A program made the translations under genes and the position numbers. The notes beneath the pieces were generated by a model. That model had not been told where the DNA came from and did not search any database. It worked only from the letters and a program-made list of their open reading frames with translations. A DNA stretch of 64,000 nucleotides, from assembly GCA_021295785.1 (NCBI GenBank), contig JAGWBR010000003.1:65236-129235 (forward strand), read 5' to 3'. Positions 31,791 to 41,188 of this stretch are shown in pieces; position 1 is the first letter of the stretch; every line of letters starts with the position of its first letter. Origin of the DNA: Gemmatimonadota bacterium. Its GTDB lineage: Bacteria; Gemmatimonadota; Gemmatimonadetes; Palauibacterales; Palauibacteraceae.

Positions 31791-32920
31791 CCTTCGCGGG
31801 CCGGCGACCTGGCCTCAGCGCCGGCCGCGGGTCGGGCAACAAACGGCTCCGCGTCTTCCAGCGATTGCATGACTCGCCGGACTGCCCCTGCCTCGCAGAC
31901 GGCGACGATACAGCCCCCCAGCCCCGCGCCGGTCAGGCGGGCTCCGGAGGCCCCTGCTCCGAGGGCACGGTTCACCAGCTCGTCCAGCCTGGGTGTGCTC
32001 ACCTCGTACAGGTCGCGCAGGCTTGCGTGCGACTGATTGAGCAATTCCCCGAAGCGGCCCGGATCCCGCGCTCTGAGTGCAGCCACGGCCTCGTGGGTCC
32101 TGCGGGCCTCGCCGTTGATGTGGGCGAACCGCTTTTTCAGCACCCCAGGCAACTTGGCCCCGGACACGGGCAGAACCGAACCGAGCGCATTCGCCGCCGG
32201 GCCCGCTCCGAAATACCGGGCGATTTCGTCCGCCTGCGCCACCCGTTCGTTGAACACGCGCCGGGCCGACCCGCCCTTTCTCGCACTCTTCCCGCTCCAT
32301 GCGACCACCAAGCGCCAGTTTTCCGGCAGCGGGACCGGCTGAACCGAAGCGTGCGGCACAAAGCGAATGTGCAGGGCATGCCCGGCCACGCCCATGAGGC
32401 TGGCCGTTTGGTCCATGGCCCCGCCTCTGGTGCCGGCCGACCCGCGTTCTGCTTCGGCAACAACTGACGCCAGCCGAAGCCGGGCAACGGCATCGTCCGG
32501 GGCTGGAACAGATCCCCCTCCGACCTCGAGCGCCACCAAGGTCGCCGCCACCGCCAGCGCCGACGAGGAACTCAGCCCGGCGGCAACCGGCAAGTCGGAA
32601 TGAAACAGAACGTCGGCTCCGGCGGCGCTGGTCGGTTCGCCGGCCGGCCGGAGCCACTCCCGCGCTGCCCGAAACCCGGCCTCGGCATACCGCTCCCACT
32701 CGCTACCGGCCCCGCGCAGCATAGTGTCCACGCACGGCCGCACGGCCGGGGCCGCGGCTGCCCAGACAGCCCGGTCGATCGCCACCGGGAGTACGGGAAG
32801 TCCGCAGTAGTCGACATGCTCCCCGATCAAGTTCACCCTGCCGGGCGCGCGCACCAGCACCGCCGGCGGCCGTCCCCGCCGGTGCTCAAACTCCCGGCAG
32901 ACCTCCGCGGCGGTTGTCAT
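31787..32920 (-). CDS. galK: Galactokinase (GHMP kinase)
   Basis: ATG at 32920. GRVNLIGEHVDYCGLPVLPVAIDRAV is the galactokinase signature. GHMP ATP motif LPVAAGLSSSSALAVA. C-terminal GARLTGAGLGGCIVAV. Convergent 4-nt overlap with the symporter stop. Confidence 0.85.
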   Translation of the reverse strand: MTTAAEVCREFEHRRGRPPAVLVRAPGRVNLIGEHVDYCGLPVLPVAIDRAVWAAAAPAVRPCVDTMLRGAGSEWERYAEAGFRAAREWLRPAGEPTSAAGADVLFHSDLPVAAGLSSSSALAVAATLVALEVGGGSVPAPDDAVARLRLASVVAEAERGSAGTRGGAMDQTASLMGVAGHALHIRFVPHASVQPVPLPENWRLVVAWSGKSARKGGSARRVFNERVAQADEIARYFGAGPAANALGSVLPVSGAKLPGVLKKRFAHINGEARRTHEAVAALRARDPGRFGELLNQSHASLRDLYEVSTPRLDELVNRALGAGASGARLTGAGLGGCIVAVCEAGAVRRVMQSLEDAEPFVARPAAGAEARSPAREG

Positions 32921-33010
32921 GTCGGGTGCCCCCGATAGATTCCCAGCGTTCACTGCCAGCACCATCAAACGCCCAATTCTCCACCTTCGTCCGCCCAGGA
33001 GGACCGCCCA

Positions 33011-34246
33011 ATGCGGATCGCTTTCCGCGCCAATCTACGCTTCGCCAGAGCTCGTTCACCCCTTCCCGGCGCGCGCCCGCCTTCAGCCAGGTCCTGGTTT
33101 CTGGGGGCGGCTGCCGCAGTCGGGCTGGCGGGTGCGTGCGCCAGCCCGGACCCCGCGGCCCGCCTGACGGCAGCCGCCGACGCCATCGGCCAGTTAGAGA
33201 GAGTCTCATACGATTTCAACTATGAGGAATCGGGGAGAGGGCAGGCCGAGTACCGGGGCTGGGTGCGGCTGGTACCGCAGGCAGCACAGGCCCTGCCTCC
33301 CCTCTTTTCGGCTCGCATTCAGCCGTCCCCTTTGTGGGACGGAGTGAGTCCACACTGGGGACCACCGGGCGAACCGGTCCTGCTTGTGTCGGGCGGGTCC
33401 GAGGAAGTCGCGGTCATGGACTACGCCACCAGCCAGATGCGGTTCGGCTCGTTGGACGGCGCCGGCCTACATCTGGCCCATTTCTCCTTGTTTGGAGTGG
33501 TATTCGAGTTCGCCGGCCTGGGTCCGTTTGCGCGCGAACTCGGCAGCGAGCTGAGTTACGCGGGAAGAGGCTCCGTCCGCGGGGTGGCCACCGACATCAT
33601 CCGCAGCGTGCAAAGCGGGGGGGGCGAGCTACTGTGGCACATCGGGGCCGACGACAACCTCCCGAGGGGATACCAGTGGACGGGGCCGGATGGTGAGACC
33701 GTCCGCCTGACGATTGAGAACCTGGACCCCGTGAGGATCGTCCAGTCCCAGGAGCTCGGCCTTGTACCGCCAGAGCGTTTCGCGGTCATTCGGGAAGACG
33801 AGCGGCTGTTCGGCGTCGGCCACCCCGCCCCTCCCCTCTCCGGTGCATCACCCGAGGAAGCCGGGAACGCAGACGGCGGCGGACCGATGATAGTGGAATT
33901 CGGTGCCAGTTGGTGCGGGCCGTGCCGGGACTTGGAAACTGCCCTGGGCGAAGCCGGCGGCGAACTCGCTTCCCTTGGCGCATCCGCGCACGGGCTCAGG
34001 GTCTGGGAACCGGCCGCGACTGCTGATGGGGAGACCCCGGCGGCAGCACCCTACCAGGTCACGCGCAGGGCCGAGGCGGCAGCCCTCGATTACCGCGTCA
34101 GCGAAATCCCGGCGGTGTTTGTGATCGACGGCGAGGGAGTGTTGCGCCTCGCGCTGAACCCGGTCTCCGGTCAGGTGGACGAAGCCGTCTCGGCGGTCTT
34201 GGGCAGCCTGCGGGCGCTGCAGGAATTGAATCAGGCAACCCCGTGA
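33011..34246 (+). CDS. Lipoprotein with C-terminal thioredoxin-like domain
   Basis: Signal/lipobox LGAAAAVGLAGACASP. C-terminal MIVEFGASWCGPCRDL (WCGPC thioredoxin active site). N-terminal about 270 aa of unknown fold. Confidence 0.6.
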   Translation: MRIAFRANLRFARARSPLPGARPPSARSWFLGAAAAVGLAGACASPDPAARLTAAADAIGQLERVSYDFNYEESGRGQAEYRGWVRLVPQAAQALPPLFSARIQPSPLWDGVSPHWGPPGEPVLLVSGGSEEVAVMDYATSQMRFGSLDGAGLHLAHFSLFGVVFEFAGLGPFARELGSELSYAGRGSVRGVATDIIRSVQSGGGELLWHIGADDNLPRGYQWTGPDGETVRLTIENLDPVRIVQSQELGLVPPERFAVIREDERLFGVGHPAPPLSGASPEEAGNADGGGPMIVEFGASWCGPCRDLETALGEAGGELASLGASAHGLRVWEPAATADGETPAAAPYQVTRRAEAAALDYRVSEIPAVFVIDGEGVLRLALNPVSGQVDEAVSAVLGSLRALQELNQATP

Positions 34247-34298
34247 GTCAACGTAAATCACCCCTCGCGAAGGCCCATCCTCGTTTGCCCGGCGGTCT

Positions 34299-35699
34299 CT
34301 AGCGGCGTCCGCCAGTCAGTCGGTCCACGGGCAGCCCGCTGGGCACGGTGTCCGGGGCCAGATCCAGGGTCAGCGCCCTGGGATCCGTCAGCGACTTGAG
34401 AAACTCAACGATGTCCCCGGCATCCCCTTCCTCGAACCGGACGGGGATAAGCAATGTGTCCAGATTCGCCAGGATCTCGTCGAAGTTGTTCAGGAGAGTC
34501 CCCCGTAGTTCCGGAGGGATCTGGCTCACGTCATACTCGCGGAGCCGAGCCTCCACGTTGTTGTAGTGCCGCACGATCGCCTCGAGAGTGGCGAACTGAC
34601 CGGCGTGCCCGTACGGGGCCGTCAGCTCGACGTTGCGCAGCGGCGGCACCTGGAACAGGCGCCTGTCCGCGGGATCCCCGGTGACCCTTTCCCTGCCCAA
34701 GTCGTCGCCCACTCCCGGCTCGTCGGAGAAACCAGGCCCGAACTGCGGAACTCCCGAGTTGTGGAAATCACCCTGCCTGTCTTGGAACGAGTCCGTCTCA
34801 TGGCAACGCATGCACCGGTGCTCGTTCATGAACCTGAGCGCGCCGCGGAGCGCCGGTGTGCTCAGTTGCGTGGTGTCGCCCGCCAAGAACCTGTCGAACG
34901 GCGTGTCGTTCATGGCGAATCCCTCGATCATGAACGCGCCAATCGCGTTGCTGGCGTGCGCGAACGTCATGTCGTCGAACGCCACACCCGGATAGGCGGC
35001 CACAAAAAGGGCGCGGTAGTCCTCAAACTCGACCAAGCGGTCCATCAGTCTTGCCCACACGGCGGTGAACGCCCCGTCCGGCAGGGCCCCAACGGGGTTG
35101 TCGGAGCCGCCCCGCATCTCCTGCCGGTTCTCGACCGGGAACAGAGCCTGGGCGGACGTCACCCCGAACTCAAACACGTCGATCATCTCCGGGGTCAGGT
35201 GCGCTCCCGCATCGGTTCTCAGTTCCCCGTCCTCCAGTTCTTCCAGCCTCCCGTCCCAGAACAGCGACCGGCGCAGGTGGAGGTTGAACAAGGTCGTGGA
35301 GTGACGCGGGCCGAACACGCCGCTGGGGTGGATCCTGTCCGCGCCGAGCCCCTGGCCGCCCTGGCCCACGGTCAGAGAGAGCGCGTCCGAGCCACCGAGC
35401 TCGGGCAGATGGCAGGTCATGCAGGAGATGTCCTTCTCCCCGCTGAGGACGCGGTCGAACGCCAACATGCGGCCAAGTTCAACAAGTTCGGGCCGGATCG
35501 GGTCGTGCGGATCAAGCGGATCAAGGTTCCGCTGGTCGGCCACTAACCGGACGCTGTCGATCAGGATTTCCCGGGAAGTCTCCACCGGATCCGGCGGGGG
35601 AGGCGGCGGGGACGGTGCCACGGGTTCTTCACCACCGCACGCCCCCAGAAAAGCGAGCAGCACGCCCGCGGCGGTCGCTTTCTCCAACTGCGGCACCAT
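34299..35699 (-). CDS. Di-haem cytochrome c peroxidase (CCP/MauG family), lipoprotein
   Basis: ATG 35699 gives MVPQLEKATAAGVLLAFLGACGG (lipobox). Two CXXCH motifs (CMTCHLPE; CMRCHETD). Conserved PLRNVELTAPYGHAGQF. Confidence 0.9.
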   Translation of the reverse strand: MVPQLEKATAAGVLLAFLGACGGEEPVAPSPPPPPPDPVETSREILIDSVRLVADQRNLDPLDPHDPIRPELVELGRMLAFDRVLSGEKDISCMTCHLPELGGSDALSLTVGQGGQGLGADRIHPSGVFGPRHSTTLFNLHLRRSLFWDGRLEELEDGELRTDAGAHLTPEMIDVFEFGVTSAQALFPVENRQEMRGGSDNPVGALPDGAFTAVWARLMDRLVEFEDYRALFVAAYPGVAFDDMTFAHASNAIGAFMIEGFAMNDTPFDRFLAGDTTQLSTPALRGALRFMNEHRCMRCHETDSFQDRQGDFHNSGVPQFGPGFSDEPGVGDDLGRERVTGDPADRRLFQVPPLRNVELTAPYGHAGQFATLEAIVRHYNNVEARLREYDVSQIPPELRGTLLNNFDEILANLDTLLIPVRFEEGDAGDIVEFLKSLTDPRALTLDLAPDTVPSGLPVDRLTGGRR

Positions 35700-35805
35700 T
35701 CGGCGGCTCACCAGGTTGGGCCCTCCAAACAGTCCATGAACACGAAACAATACCGGTATGGTCAAATCCACGGTCTCGCAGCCACCCGCCGGAACCAGGC
35801 CAAGA

Positions 35806-36285
35806 TCAGCTGTCTTCTTCAACCACCTCAATCACCACGTCCATCATGTACTCGTGGTATCGGCAGAAGAACACGTATTTCCCCGGGAGGGGCGGGCGAT
35901 ATTCCCAGGTGCGTCCGGGGCGAAGGTCCCGGCTGTCCGCGTGCTCCACCGTATTCGGGACGGCGCTGAATTCAACGCGGTGGATCTTATTCCCGTTTTG
36001 CGTCCAGGTGACCATTTGCCCGACCTTAACCGACGCGTTGGCCTCCTCGTTGTGGTCGCCTTCTTCGTCAACGAAGGCATCGTCGATGATGTCGAAATTG
36101 GCTACCGACCCGAGGGGTATTTCCACCCGTCCCGTGTCCGGCGGAGCCACAACCGGAGGCGTACGAGGTTGTTCGGGTGTCGGCGGAGCCTCGGGCTCGC
36201 TCTCGGCGCAGGCGTGAAATACCGCCGCGGCCAGGAGCGCGGCCCTGGGTCCGTAAGACGCTGCCGTCGTGAGTGATTGCTTCAT
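35806..36285 (-). CDS. Cupredoxin (type-1 blue copper protein; pseudoazurin/plastocyanin-like), lipoprotein
   Basis: Signal AALLAAAVFHAC. Copper ligands in classic spacing ...H(R)VEF...FFCRYHEYMM (Cys-X2-His-X2-Met). Immediately upstream of cytochrome c peroxidase. Confidence 0.75.
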   Translation of the reverse strand: MKQSLTTAASYGPRAALLAAAVFHACAESEPEAPPTPEQPRTPPVVAPPDTGRVEIPLGSVANFDIIDDAFVDEEGDHNEEANASVKVGQMVTWTQNGNKIHRVEFSAVPNTVEHADSRDLRPGRTWEYRPPLPGKYVFFCRYHEYMMDVVIEVVEEDS

Positions 36286-36344
36286 CACATACGAAATAAA
36301 TGAGTTCGGGGCAGTGACGCAAATGCGGGTTGTCTACCCCTCGG

Positions 36345-37660
36345 TCAGCGTCCGGGGTCTGGGCGCGAGCGCTCCCGCGGGCCTTGATCGGGGTACTCGC
36401 GGTCAGCTGCTCCCGCGCGGACCCCTTCCCCGCTGATGTGGTCCCAGAGCGTGCTAACTCCGGCCTGGTCCGAATACGTCACCAGCGACAGCCCTCCGAT
36501 CGTCCGCGGATAGCTGGGCGGGACCGGCCACGCGAACAGTTCGGTGTCGCCGATGTGGGCGCGCATTGTCGCGTCCTTGATTGAGAACCGCACTTCGGTC
36601 AGTTCGCCCGGAGCGCTCTGGATCAGGTCGGAGTGACCCGACGCCGCGGGGATGCGCTGGAGTGTGATTTCAAAGAGGCTGACCGTGACGTAAAAAGTCA
36701 TGTAGTTGTGTGGTTCGGTTACCCCGTCCTCTTCCCAGCCCGATCCGATGCCAAACGCGTACCCGCTGGTGAGCAGGGCACCGGGGGCGACTGCGATCGC
36801 AGGGAACACACCTTCTTCTTCGGCCCGGCCCATGACCGCCGTGATTTCCCAGTCCGTCCAACTCCCCACCGAGGTTGAAGCAGCCAGAGCCCACGATTCG
36901 GCGTCGGTCTTGGTCAGTTGCATCACCCCGTCTTCGACCGTGCCTTCGGCATCGATGAAAGTCCATCCGTCGGTGCTGGAGAAGTCGCGGTCGATGATCA
37001 CCGACGCAAATACCGACACCTCAGCCGAGAGCGAGGCCATTTCGCCATGAGGGTCCGTGGCGGTGACCGTGACCACGGCGGACCCCGGCCCGGCACCTCG
37101 CACGGTGATTTTTCCGTCAGTCACCTCCGCTTCTACAAACTCCGTGTCGGACTCGGCCTCAAACGTCAGCGGGTCCCGGTCCGGGTCGGAAAAGAGCGCC
37201 CCGGCGTCTGTCTCGAAAGCCGTGCCGGCTTCGAGAGACGTGTCGGGAATCGCACCCACGACCGTGGGACCTCGGTTTGGCTGAAAGATGCTGACCGCCG
37301 CCCCTACCGAGGCGGAAAGTCCGTCCGGATCGGAGGCAGTAATGGTCAGTGGCACGACCACCGTCCCGATTACTTCCACGCCGTCGGCCACCCGCACGAC
37401 CACGCTGGTCCCGGCCACGCTGAGGGCGACCACGTCCTCGCCGCCGGTCGCCGTGATTGTGAGCGCGTCTCCGTCAGGGTCGCTGAAAATGCCGCTCACG
37501 TCAATGGTCAGGGTCTCTCCGGGCAACATCGTCTGAGCGGGAACCTCTCCCAGAACTTCCGGTTGTCGGTTAGGGGTGGGAGGCGGCGGTTCAGGGCCTC
37601 CGCCGCCTTCGCCGCAGGCCACTCCCAGAACCGTGGCGACTGCCCCAACCAACGCCCGGC
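36345..37660 (-). CDS. Ig-like repeat (putative-Ig/He_PIG-like) lipoprotein with conserved approx. 200-aa C-terminal beta-rich domain; paralogue A
   Basis: Lipobox LVGAVATVLGVAC. Three Ig-like repeats carrying FSDPDGD(A/P)LT(I/F) motifs. C-terminal domain shared with the neighbour (GIGSGWEEDGVTEPHNYMTFY...ELFAWP...STLWDHISGEGV). Start approximate; the six-frame ORF extends to 37826. Confidence 0.55.
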
Positions 37661-37702
37661 TCCTGGTGCAGGGGCCGGCGGCGGGGCGTCCGGGGGAAGG
37701 CA

Positions 37703-38995
37703 CTACTGCCGCCGTATTCCCCTGATCACGATGTGATCCCAAATGGAGCTGTTGCCCGCTGTCTCGGTCAGGGTCGCGAGAATTACCGAACCCAGGGTGG
37801 CCCCGTACTCCGCGCCCAGCGTCCACGCGAACAGCTCCTCCTGCTCCACCACGGCCCGCATCACGCCGTCCTTCACCGAAAGGTGAACCACGGTCAACTC
37901 GTCCGCGCCGCTGTCTATCTTGTCCGAGTCGCCCGACGCCTGCGGGATGTAGGTCAGTTCATCTTCGAAATCGCCCTCGGTGTGGAACATCACGTAATTT
38001 CTCGGTTCCTCCGTCGAAGGATCCACCCAACCGGAACCGATGCTGAACATGTAGCCGCCGCCGCCGGTCGCGGTCCCGGTCGGGATCAGCAGAGCCGGGA
38101 AGGTTCTGTCGGTCTGGCCGCGGCCGAATACTACCGACATTTCCCACTCCTCCCAGATGCCCTCAACCGAGGTGACCGCAAGCCCCGGGTTGTTGGCAGT
38201 CTGCGAGGATAGGGTCATCACGCCCGCCTGCGAAACAACCGTGGCGTCAACCGCCGACCAGGCATTGGCGTCGCTGAAGTCGTCTTCAAAAACCGTCTCC
38301 AGGGTGACCGTCACGCTGGCCGACACCGACGCCGCGAGGTTCTCGGGATCGGTCGCGCCAATCGTGATCAGAGCAGTTCCTTGCTTCACGCCGGTCAGGG
38401 TTGCTTCGCCGTCCGCAAGCTCCGCGGTGGCCACGGACTCGTCGTTCGACTGAATCGTGTAGGTGAGCTGGTCGCCGTCCGGGTCGGAGAACAGGGCAGC
38501 CACGTCGACTGTGACCGACCGGCCGGCAAATACGTCCAGTGAGGAAACCGACCCCACAACCTCGGGAGCGCGGTTGGGCTGGATGATGCTCACGTCGACG
38601 GTAGTCGTCGCGGAAAGGCCGTCGGGATCGGTTGCCGTCACCGTCAGGCCCACGTCCACCGTCCCGACGATGTTGACCCCGTCAGCAACCTGAACCGCGA
38701 CGGTCAGGTCCACGACCGTCAAATCGACGGTCCCCTCCCCGCCCGCCGCGGTCAGGGTGAGGGTGTCTTCGTTGGTGTCGGCAAACACGTCGGAAAAATC
38801 GATGACCAAAGTCTCTTCGGGGGTCATGGACTGCTCAGAAACAGACCCCACCACCTGCGGGGCAACGTTGGGACCCGGCGGCGGGGGTTGGGTGGTGGTG
38901 TCATCGCAGGACGTGGCCCAGGCCGCAGCCAGCAGCGTTAACACCGCCGACGTCGAAAAAAATCCGGCCGACGCCAGGGGCTGTGACTGCCTCAT
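37703..38995 (-). CDS. Ig-like repeat (putative-Ig/He_PIG-like) lipoprotein with conserved C-terminal domain; paralogue B
   Basis: Signal/lipobox LTLLAAAWATSC. Repeats with FSDPDGDQLTY and VFADTNEDTLT. C-terminal SIGSGWVDPSTEEPRNYVMFH...ELFAWT...SSIWDHIVIRG is homologous to paralogue A. Confidence 0.6.
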   Translation of the reverse strand: MRQSQPLASAGFFSTSAVLTLLAAAWATSCDDTTTQPPPPGPNVAPQVVGSVSEQSMTPEETLVIDFSDVFADTNEDTLTLTAAGGEGTVDLTVVDLTVAVQVADGVNIVGTVDVGLTVTATDPDGLSATTTVDVSIIQPNRAPEVVGSVSSLDVFAGRSVTVDVAALFSDPDGDQLTYTIQSNDESVATAELADGEATLTGVKQGTALITIGATDPENLAASVSASVTVTLETVFEDDFSDANAWSAVDATVVSQAGVMTLSSQTANNPGLAVTSVEGIWEEWEMSVVFGRGQTDRTFPALLIPTGTATGGGGYMFSIGSGWVDPSTEEPRNYVMFHTEGDFEDELTYIPQASGDSDKIDSGADELTVVHLSVKDGVMRAVVEQEELFAWTLGAEYGATLGSVILATLTETAGNSSIWDHIVIRGIRRQ

Positions 38996-39292
38996 CGCAT
39001 TCTCACTGGGGTTGGGGTTTCCTGGTCAGTCGCATTCTACGGGGCCCGCTCAGGCAGAAAAATACGCAGGCGCAAAAAATAGGCTCTTCCTCCCTCCTGT
39101 GGGTAGCAGGTGATACGGGTAGGCCATCGGGGTAGAGATCGGGGCCGCCCACCAGGGCCTTGCGCGGATACCTCCGGACAAGCATCGATGAGGCCATCGC
39201 CGTAGGAGGTAGCCGCGCCGAATTGATTGGCTTTTTCTTGGGGGACCTTCGGTTTTCCGCCGGTGCCGGAGGCGATTCGGTAGGGAGGTTCC

Positions 39293-41110
39293 TCAGCCGC
39301 CGGCCGCGATCCCCCGCAGCGTGTCCGCCAGCAGGCGGAGGCGGCGCGCATCGCCGGCACCGCGGGCGTTTTCGGCACTGCGGGCCGTGGATTCGAGTTG
39401 GTCGGCCAGAGACACCATGGCATCCCCGTCGACTGATCCCGTTTCAGCCATCTCGAGCAATTCTTCGGCCGCGGACGCCGCCTCGGGCCCGATTCCGCCG
39501 CTGCGCTGCATCTGCTTCAGGTAAGAGCGGGCGACCGGCACCGTGGCCGGCCACTCGACCAAAGGCTGGGTCTGGGCGTTGAATTCGTTCATCCGCACCG
39601 ACCGGGCCGCCTCGATCTCCGCCTCGGAAAGGTGTTCCCCCACGGCCAGCGCCAGCACGTCGATGCCGCGGGCCATCTCGGCTCCGTAGATCGCGCCATT
39701 GTGCCAGTAGGCCGACCAGTATCCGCCCGATAGCATCTCCACCGGATCCAGGGGACCGCGGTCGAAGTATCCGATTTCGTGAGCGTTGGCCGGGTCCGTG
39801 AAATCAAACACCGAGATTCCGCCCTGGTACCAGGCCTGGACCATGATGTCGCGGCCGGGCACCGGAATCAGGGAACCGTTGTGGGCCACGCAGTTCTCCT
39901 GCTCGGTCTGCGGCACCGGCAGCTTGTAGTAGCCGGCCAGCTCCATCTTGCGGTCGCGCACGCGGAAAATGGCGTTTGCCCCCCAGGTGTCGGGGTCGGT
40001 GGACCTGCACCGGGGCGCCCCTCCACCACCCCACTCGTCGGTGAAGACAATCGCGGTGCCATCGTTGTTGAAGGTGGCCGAGTGCCAGTAGGCGAAATTC
40101 GGGTCCGCAACCTGGTCGATCCGGACCGGGTTGGCCGGGTCGCTGATGTCGAGCAGGATCCCGTTACCGGAGCACGCCCCCGCCGCCAGCCCCAGGTCGG
40201 GCCGCACGGTGATGTCGTGACACTGGTTGGTTACCCGCGACCGCTGGGTCATGGGACCGTGGTCGCCCCCTGGCCACAAGCCGGCGATTTCGCCCGTCTC
40301 GGGGTCGGCGAAAATGCGCGGCGCGCTGACAATCCGCGCATCCTCGGGCATTGCCAGGGGCACCTCAATCACTTCGATCCGGAACAGAGCGGTGCCCGGC
40401 TCCTCGTCCGGGGTCCCCGCCACGCAACCGTCGAGTTCCTCGGCCGGGCGCACCCGCCCGGTTCCCGACACGTAAATCCAAACGCGGTCGTCCGCGTCAG
40501 GGTGCGTCACCAACGTGTGGGTGTGGGAGCCGCGGCAGGTCTGCACCGTCTTGACCTGGCGCGGATTGGAGACGTCGCTCAGGTCGAAGATGCGAATACC
40601 CATGAGCCGTTCGCCGCTCACCGGCGGCTCAACCCCTTCGGTTCCACAGTCTTGCCGGGCGCTGGACTGCTGCACCGACGTGAACAGCAAGTGGCCGTGG
40701 ACCGACACGTCGCCCTGGCCGCCGGGGCACACCACGCTGACGGTCAACTCGGGCTCGGCCGGATCTGAAACGTCGTAGATCTGGAAGCCCCAGTAGCTTC
40801 CCTGAATCATGTAATCGCCCAGGAAGGCGATGTCTGAGTTCGTGGGGCCGCGTCCGTCCGCTTCTTCGGTCAGAAACGCGTCGGGCTTGGGCATGCTGAT
40901 GAGCAGCGACAGCCCGTCGATTGCCTCGCCCGCGTCGAACACGCCGGCCTCCAGGCCGATGCGCGGATCGTCGGGATCCCACTGCCAGCTGGTTTCGGGG
41001 ATCTCAACCGGCGGGGGACGCTGTTGGGCTGCAGCATCCGAAGCGGCCACGGCCAGGAGTCCGGCGGCTGCCGCAAGGGTCAGGGGCTTCATCGCTGGTG
41101 TCAACTTCAT
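39293..41110 (-). CDS. Secreted LVIVD-repeat (beta-propeller) protein
   Basis: Signal peptide MKLTPAMKPLTLAAAAGLLAVAASDAAAQ. Repeated L.I.DISDP..P-type motifs (FQIYDVSDPAEPE, IRIFDLSDVSNPR, GILLDISDPANP, ISVFDFTDPANAHEIG). C-terminal helical tail. Confidence 0.55.
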   Translation of the reverse strand: MKLTPAMKPLTLAAAAGLLAVAASDAAAQQRPPPVEIPETSWQWDPDDPRIGLEAGVFDAGEAIDGLSLLISMPKPDAFLTEEADGRGPTNSDIAFLGDYMIQGSYWGFQIYDVSDPAEPELTVSVVCPGGQGDVSVHGHLLFTSVQQSSARQDCGTEGVEPPVSGERLMGIRIFDLSDVSNPRQVKTVQTCRGSHTHTLVTHPDADDRVWIYVSGTGRVRPAEELDGCVAGTPDEEPGTALFRIEVIEVPLAMPEDARIVSAPRIFADPETGEIAGLWPGGDHGPMTQRSRVTNQCHDITVRPDLGLAAGACSGNGILLDISDPANPVRIDQVADPNFAYWHSATFNNDGTAIVFTDEWGGGGAPRCRSTDPDTWGANAIFRVRDRKMELAGYYKLPVPQTEQENCVAHNGSLIPVPGRDIMVQAWYQGGISVFDFTDPANAHEIGYFDRGPLDPVEMLSGGYWSAYWHNGAIYGAEMARGIDVLALAVGEHLSEAEIEAARSVRMNEFNAQTQPLVEWPATVPVARSYLKQMQRSGGIGPEAASAAEELLEMAETGSVDGDAMVSLADQLESTARSAENARGAGDARRLRLLADTLRGIAAGG

Positions 41111-41188
41111 CCTGCAGTCTCCTTTGAGAGTCGCTTCTGGAAAATCACCGTTCAGGTGTTAGCCGGACGGTTGCCATGCGGCCGAAAG

